Part shown: positions 60,462 to 64,000 of the stretch, in pieces
How positions within the stretch are numbered: the first letter of the stretch is position 1
Layout of the letters: the number at the start of each line of letters is the position of its first letter
Source: Candidatus Bathyarchaeota archaeon
Lineage (GTDB): Archaea; Thermoproteota; Bathyarchaeia; Bathyarchaeales; Bathycorpusculaceae
Reading direction: 5' to 3'
NCBI GenBank assembly: GCA_963715865.1
Contig: OY970280.1
Span: 224,001 to 288,000 of the forward strand
Length of the DNA stretch: 64,000 nt
The notes under the pieces: model-generated
The model's database searches: none
Told to the model about the DNA's origin: nothing
Seen by the model: only the letters and a program-made list of their open reading frames with translations
Translations under genes and position numbers: made by a program

Positions 60462-61184
60462 ATGGCAGTAGATCAAGAAAACATTTCGAAGGTACTTTCA
60501 ATCCTTTCGCATCCATTGCGAAGGGAAATATTACTAAACCTTAGCGAAAATAGCGAGTCATCTTTCACTGACCTGCTGAACTTGCTAAAGGTTGATACTG
60601 GAAAGCTGAGTTTCCACCTTCGCTCGTTAGCGGCTTTCATAGAGCAAACCCCTACGGGCAAGTACAAGTTAAGCAGGGCTGGTGAAAGCGCCGTAAGAGT
60701 TATTCATGATGTCGAAGGTTGGGCAGAAGTTGCGGATGTGCAAAGAAGAGAAAGCCAACTTCCGCTTGCTTCTTTTAAAAAGAGAGTTTTAGCTTTTGTG
60801 ATTGATTTCGCGTTGATGTTAGCAATTACGATGGCAATTACTTATCTTCCAGAGGTGCTTTCTCTTTCTATTGCAGATTTCTTGGGCAGGGGAGCTAGCG
60901 AGGTGATTTTCATTACGGTCGGTCTTCTTTGGCTTTACTCCACTTTGCTTGAAGGATTCAACGGTCAAAGCTTAGGCAAACGCATTATGGGTCTAAAGGT
61001 CGTTAGAACTGACGGAAAGAAAATGTCCTATGACCATGCAGCAGTGAGGAACTTTGGGAAAGTTTTACCCTTGTTGCCCTTTGACTTAATTGTTGGGTGG
61101 CGACTGAAAAACTGCACATTCATGAGGTACTTTGACAAGTTCGCTGGTACAACCGTTATTGACTTGCGTTTTCATCTCCGCTAA
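60462..61184 (+). CDS. ArsR-type HTH fused to an RDD domain
   Basis: LSHPLRREIL..L, then KRVLAFVID...GQSLGKRIMGLKVV...RN. Confidence 0.8.
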   Translation: MAVDQENISKVLSILSHPLRREILLNLSENSESSFTDLLNLLKVDTGKLSFHLRSLAAFIEQTPTGKYKLSRAGESAVRVIHDVEGWAEVADVQRRESQLPLASFKKRVLAFVIDFALMLAITMAITYLPEVLSLSIADFLGRGASEVIFITVGLLWLYSTLLEGFNGQSLGKRIMGLKVVRTDGKKMSYDHAAVRNFGKVLPLLPFDLIVGWRLKNCTFMRYFDKFAGTTVIDLRFHLR

Positions 61185-61257
61185 GTTGTTCCCTTTCATT
61201 TTTAATGTAAAATCTTATTTGCTGCAGATGCAATAGCCTTCTACTGGAGAAATTCAC

Positions 61258-61722
61258 ATGAGCGACAAGGAACTTCGGGTTTCAAAAATCAAAGACGGCA
61301 CCGTCATTGATCATATTAGGGGCGGATACGCGTTGGATGTTATTAAGATTTTAGGGATAACAGGTAAGGAGAAACGGGTTATTACTATTGCCATTAATGT
61401 TCCAAGCAAACGTTTCGGAGTTAAGGATATTTTGAAGATTGAGGGTCGAGCGCTTAACTCGCAGGAAGTTAACAAGATTGCTTTGGTTGCTCCTCACGCA
61501 TCAATTAACATTATTCATAATTACACGGTTGTTGAAAAGTTGGAGGTTAAATTGCCGAAGGCTATTGAAGGGATAGTTAAATGCGTAAATCCTTGTTGTA
61601 TAAGTAACAGTGATGAACCTGTCGTTTCAAAATTTTACGTTAAGAGTGAGGAACCTTTATTGTTGAAGTGCCATTATTGCGGTATTACTTTGGAACAGGC
61701 TGATGTTCTCCAGCAACTCTAA
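61258..61722 (+). CDS. pyrI: Aspartate carbamoyltransferase regulatory chain
   Basis: GTVIDHI, KDILKIE and C.NP.C...C.YC motifs. Confidence 0.95.
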   Translation: MSDKELRVSKIKDGTVIDHIRGGYALDVIKILGITGKEKRVITIAINVPSKRFGVKDILKIEGRALNSQEVNKIALVAPHASINIIHNYTVVEKLEVKLPKAIEGIVKCVNPCCISNSDEPVVSKFYVKSEEPLLLKCHYCGITLEQADVLQQL

Positions 61723-61731
61723 CAATGAGCT

Positions 61732-62157
61732 TTATCCCAATCTTTCTTGCGCCAGTTCAAACAACTTTTTAAAATCTTTTTCCTGAACCACTTTTCCCTG
61801 ATTTATTCCCGGGCACTCAAGCGTAAAATCAAAAATATGCAGCAACTTGTCTTTGTCAAATTTTAATTCAAACGGGTAAAACGCGCAAATCAAAGGTCTT
61901 AACTGGTAAATGCTGCATCGGTTGTCTTTTAAGAAGACGCATTTGCCTTCACTTGTCTTTTTTATCTCATAAGCGTAAGGAAACTTATCCTTAATTTCCA
62001 TTGAAAAATCAGGAATAGACAGGGAAGTTTGTGAGGAAATTTTTTTGGCTTCGGTTTCTAACAGGAGAATGCGCCTTGTTTTTTGTTTGGTGTCACCGCA
62101 GCATAAACCACATCTGTTGCAATCGAACCGTATATTAGCAGGATAGGTAAAGTCCAC
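61732..62157 (-). CDS. YkgJ-family Fe-S/Zn cluster protein
   Basis: CNRCGLCC, CVFL...C.IY..RP.IC..YP and CPG motifs. Confidence 0.85.
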   Translation of the reverse strand: MDFTYPANIRFDCNRCGLCCGDTKQKTRRILLLETEAKKISSQTSLSIPDFSMEIKDKFPYAYEIKKTSEGKCVFLKDNRCSIYQLRPLICAFYPFELKFDKDKLLHIFDFTLECPGINQGKVVQEKDFKKLFELAQERLG

Positions 62158-62228
62158 TTTTGTTCAACATGTTATAGTTTAGAGGAGTGCCATAAAAACT
62201 TCTTGAGCTAACTTTTATTTTCTTCAGG

Positions 62229-62537
62229 CTATTTGTTGCGATGTCCTTCTCCATACTGGAAAGGACGGTTAAGGTTTTTCTCAAGTTTTCTCTGGAATAC
62301 TTCGTCCATGTTCACTGTTGGGCATGCTAAGCGGCTTGCATCTAAAACGTAAAAGACGACATCGATTAGTTCTTCAGCTATTTTTTCCTCAGGCAAACCT
62401 TTTTTCCAAGCGTCACTAGCTTCGCCTAGCTCTATGAAGGCAAAAAGCAGTTTTCTAGGAATATCTTCAGGCTTATTATAGAACCCTTTCGCAATGACAA
62501 GAGATTCAATTTCCTTCTTCATTTCTTCTAAATGCAA
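62229..62537 (-). CDS. MazG-like nucleotide pyrophosphohydrolase
   Basis: ELGEA.DA.KK...EELID motif. Confidence 0.8.
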   Translation of the reverse strand: MHLEEMKKEIESLVIAKGFYNKPEDIPRKLLFAFIELGEASDAWKKGLPEEKIAEELIDVVFYVLDASRLACPTVNMDEVFQRKLEKNLNRPFQYGEGHRNK

Positions 62538-62695
62538 TTAGTTTTTCTCCTCAGGTGCTTACAAAAAACTTAGCTCCCGTATTTATAGTTAAATCTTGGC
62601 AGCGGAAGCTTGCAACGCTTCTTGTGACTGTTGGGGCACTACCACAAATTTTTATTTTCCTTTAAATGAAGTAGGATATTGTCGATGCAGAAAAC

Positions 62696-62822
62696 GAGTC
62701 GTTTGGCAGGCAAACCTGCTGTCGTGATATGGCTCTGTCCCAAACGACACTATGGGGCTTAGGCTCCCAAATGTGCGTTTTTGGGCATCCTATAGACAGT
62801 TAGAGAGTCTGCCAAACGGCAC
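62696..62822 (+). ncRNA. Candidate structured RNA (riboswitch-like leader or sRNA)
   Basis: 12-bp terminal stem (62698-62709 with 62809-62820), internal hairpins, TTTAAA at 62661 upstream and a T-rich tract downstream. Confidence 0.5.
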
Positions 62823-63037
62823 CCAATCAAAATTTTAATTTAATTTTTTATTGCTTCTGACGGCAGTGATAGCTTTAAGGCTGAACAGACCCGAAAAAAA
62901 CCAGAGCCATAACCATGCTAGCAAGATAGCAAAATTAACACAAACCAATCGATTTAGCAACAAGCTGGCACGCTTAATCTTTAATAGGCGCTGCCGTAAA
63001 CTATGCTTTTGACAACTATTTTGCGGTTGTTGATTCG

Positions 63038-64000
63038 ATGGCGGATAACCAAGAGCTTTTGTCCCTGCCTGTTGACGACGTTCTAGCTCGGCTGAAGACG
63101 TCCCAGTCTGGGCTATCCTCGCAGGAAGTTCAGAGCCGCCTTGCAACGTACGGACCGAACGAACTGGCTGAGAAGCAGAAACGCACTGGGTTTGTTGAGA
63201 TTCTGTATCACCTGAGAAATCCGCTTGTGCTTATCCTTCTGATTGCGGGTTTGATCTCTGGGTTTGTGGGGGACGTAACGGACGCGATTATAATTTTCTT
63301 GATCGTGCTTCTCAGCATTGTTCTTGATGTGTATCAAGAATCTAAGGCTCAGAACGCCGCCGAAGCGCTTAAAGAAAGAGTGATCACAAAGGCGACGGTT
63401 CTCAGAAATGGCGTTAAACAAGAGGTGAAGCTTTCTGAAATCGTTCCGGGCGACATAGTGTATCTCACAGCGGGAGACCTTGTTCCTGCTGATTCTAGAT
63501 TAATCAGCGCCAAGGACTTGAACCTTAACCAGTCAGCGTTGACGGGCGAAGCATTTCCGGTTGAAAAGAATGCTGCTCCGCTTTCAGCTGTGACGTCTGA
63601 GCTGACGGACTGGAGTAACTACGTTTTCTTGGGAACCTCGGTGGTAAGCGGAACCGGAACCGCAGTCGTGGTGAAGACCGGGAGATTAACCGAGTACGGG
63701 GAAATCGCCAAAGAACTTGTGGCTAAGGCACCTGAAACCGAGTTTGAGAAGGGGCTTAGGCGGTTCGGAGCTTTAATGACTGAAGTCACGCTTTTCCTTG
63801 TGGTTTTCGTCTTTTTTGTGAACGCGTTTTTCTATTCAGGCACCCGCAGCATTTTGCAATCGCTGCTTTTCGCGGTGGCTCTTGCGGTGGGCTTGACGCC
63901 GGAGCTTTTGCCCATGATAATGTCCATTAACCTGTCCAGAGGCGCCGTGGCGATGTCCAAAAAGGGCGTTATCGTGAAACGGCTGGTCTCCATTCAGAAC
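63038..64000 (+). CDS. mgtA: P-type ATPase, MgtA-like Mg2+ transporter (runs off the window; not in the ORF track)
   Basis: Manual translation MADNQELLSLP...YGPNEL...VPGDIV...GDLVPAD...LTGEAFPVEK...ALAVGLTPELLPMI...IVKRL. Confidence 0.9.
   Translation, partial: MADNQELLSLPVDDVLARLKTSQSGLSSQEVQSRLATYGPNELAEKQKRTGFVEILYHLRNPLVLILLIAGLISGFVGDVTDAIIIFLIVLLSIVLDVYQESKAQNAAEALKERVITKATVLRNGVKQEVKLSEIVPGDIVYLTAGDLVPADSRLISAKDLNLNQSALTGEAFPVEKNAAPLSAVTSELTDWSNYVFLGTSVVSGTGTAVVVKTGRLTEYGEIAKELVAKAPETEFEKGLRRFGALMTEVTLFLVVFVFFVNAFFYSGTRSILQSLLFAVALAVGLTPELLPMIMSINLSRGAVAMSKKGVIVKRLVSIQN

Noticed and set aside
62696-62822. 5S rRNA or a MITE
   Set aside because: No 5S consensus and no target-site duplication flanking the inverted repeat; MITE remains a minor alternative.
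62835-63421. Minus-strand ORFs 62835-63146 and 63113-63421
   Set aside because: They are antisense shadows of mgtA and its leader.
1-64000. CRISPR array, rRNA genes, additional tRNAs
   Set aside because: No regularly spaced repeats or rRNA/tRNA signatures were found by eye, apart from tRNA-Pro.

Overview
This window looks archaeal, and its gene content and style suggest Bathyarchaeia or a related TACK lineage (inference). It has a housekeeping backbone (tuf, rnhA, fba, leuS, apgM, tyrS, rps30e, elp3, gatD/E, LSm, RIO2, pyrI, start of mgtA) plus two accessory regions. (1) Positions 1-7424 are the end of an integrated element beside tRNA-Pro(CGG). It encodes a tyrosine integrase, two intact serine recombinases and one degenerate one, its own TFB, RHH regulators and a PD-(D/E)XK-like protein. 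(2) A roughly 10 kb cassette (about 20.1-29.8 kb) is bracketed by a 137-bp direct repeat from inside fba. It encodes NurA, HerA, a 1427-aa P-loop ATPase, a stand-alone DUF5591 (ArcS-type) protein, a PUA-less TGT-fold enzyme and a small PD-(D/E)XK-like protein. This cassette is the best candidate for an undescribed system: a putative 7-deazaguanine/archaeosine-type nucleic-acid modification module coupled to a HerA/NurA nuclease-translocase. Other points of interest are a switch-like structured RNA upstream of mgtA, two unannotated small paralogous ORFs, and an intact plus a decayed MNT-HEPN toxin-antitoxin locus. No CRISPR array or rRNA was seen. Family assignments come from motifs read by eye; no database searches were run.
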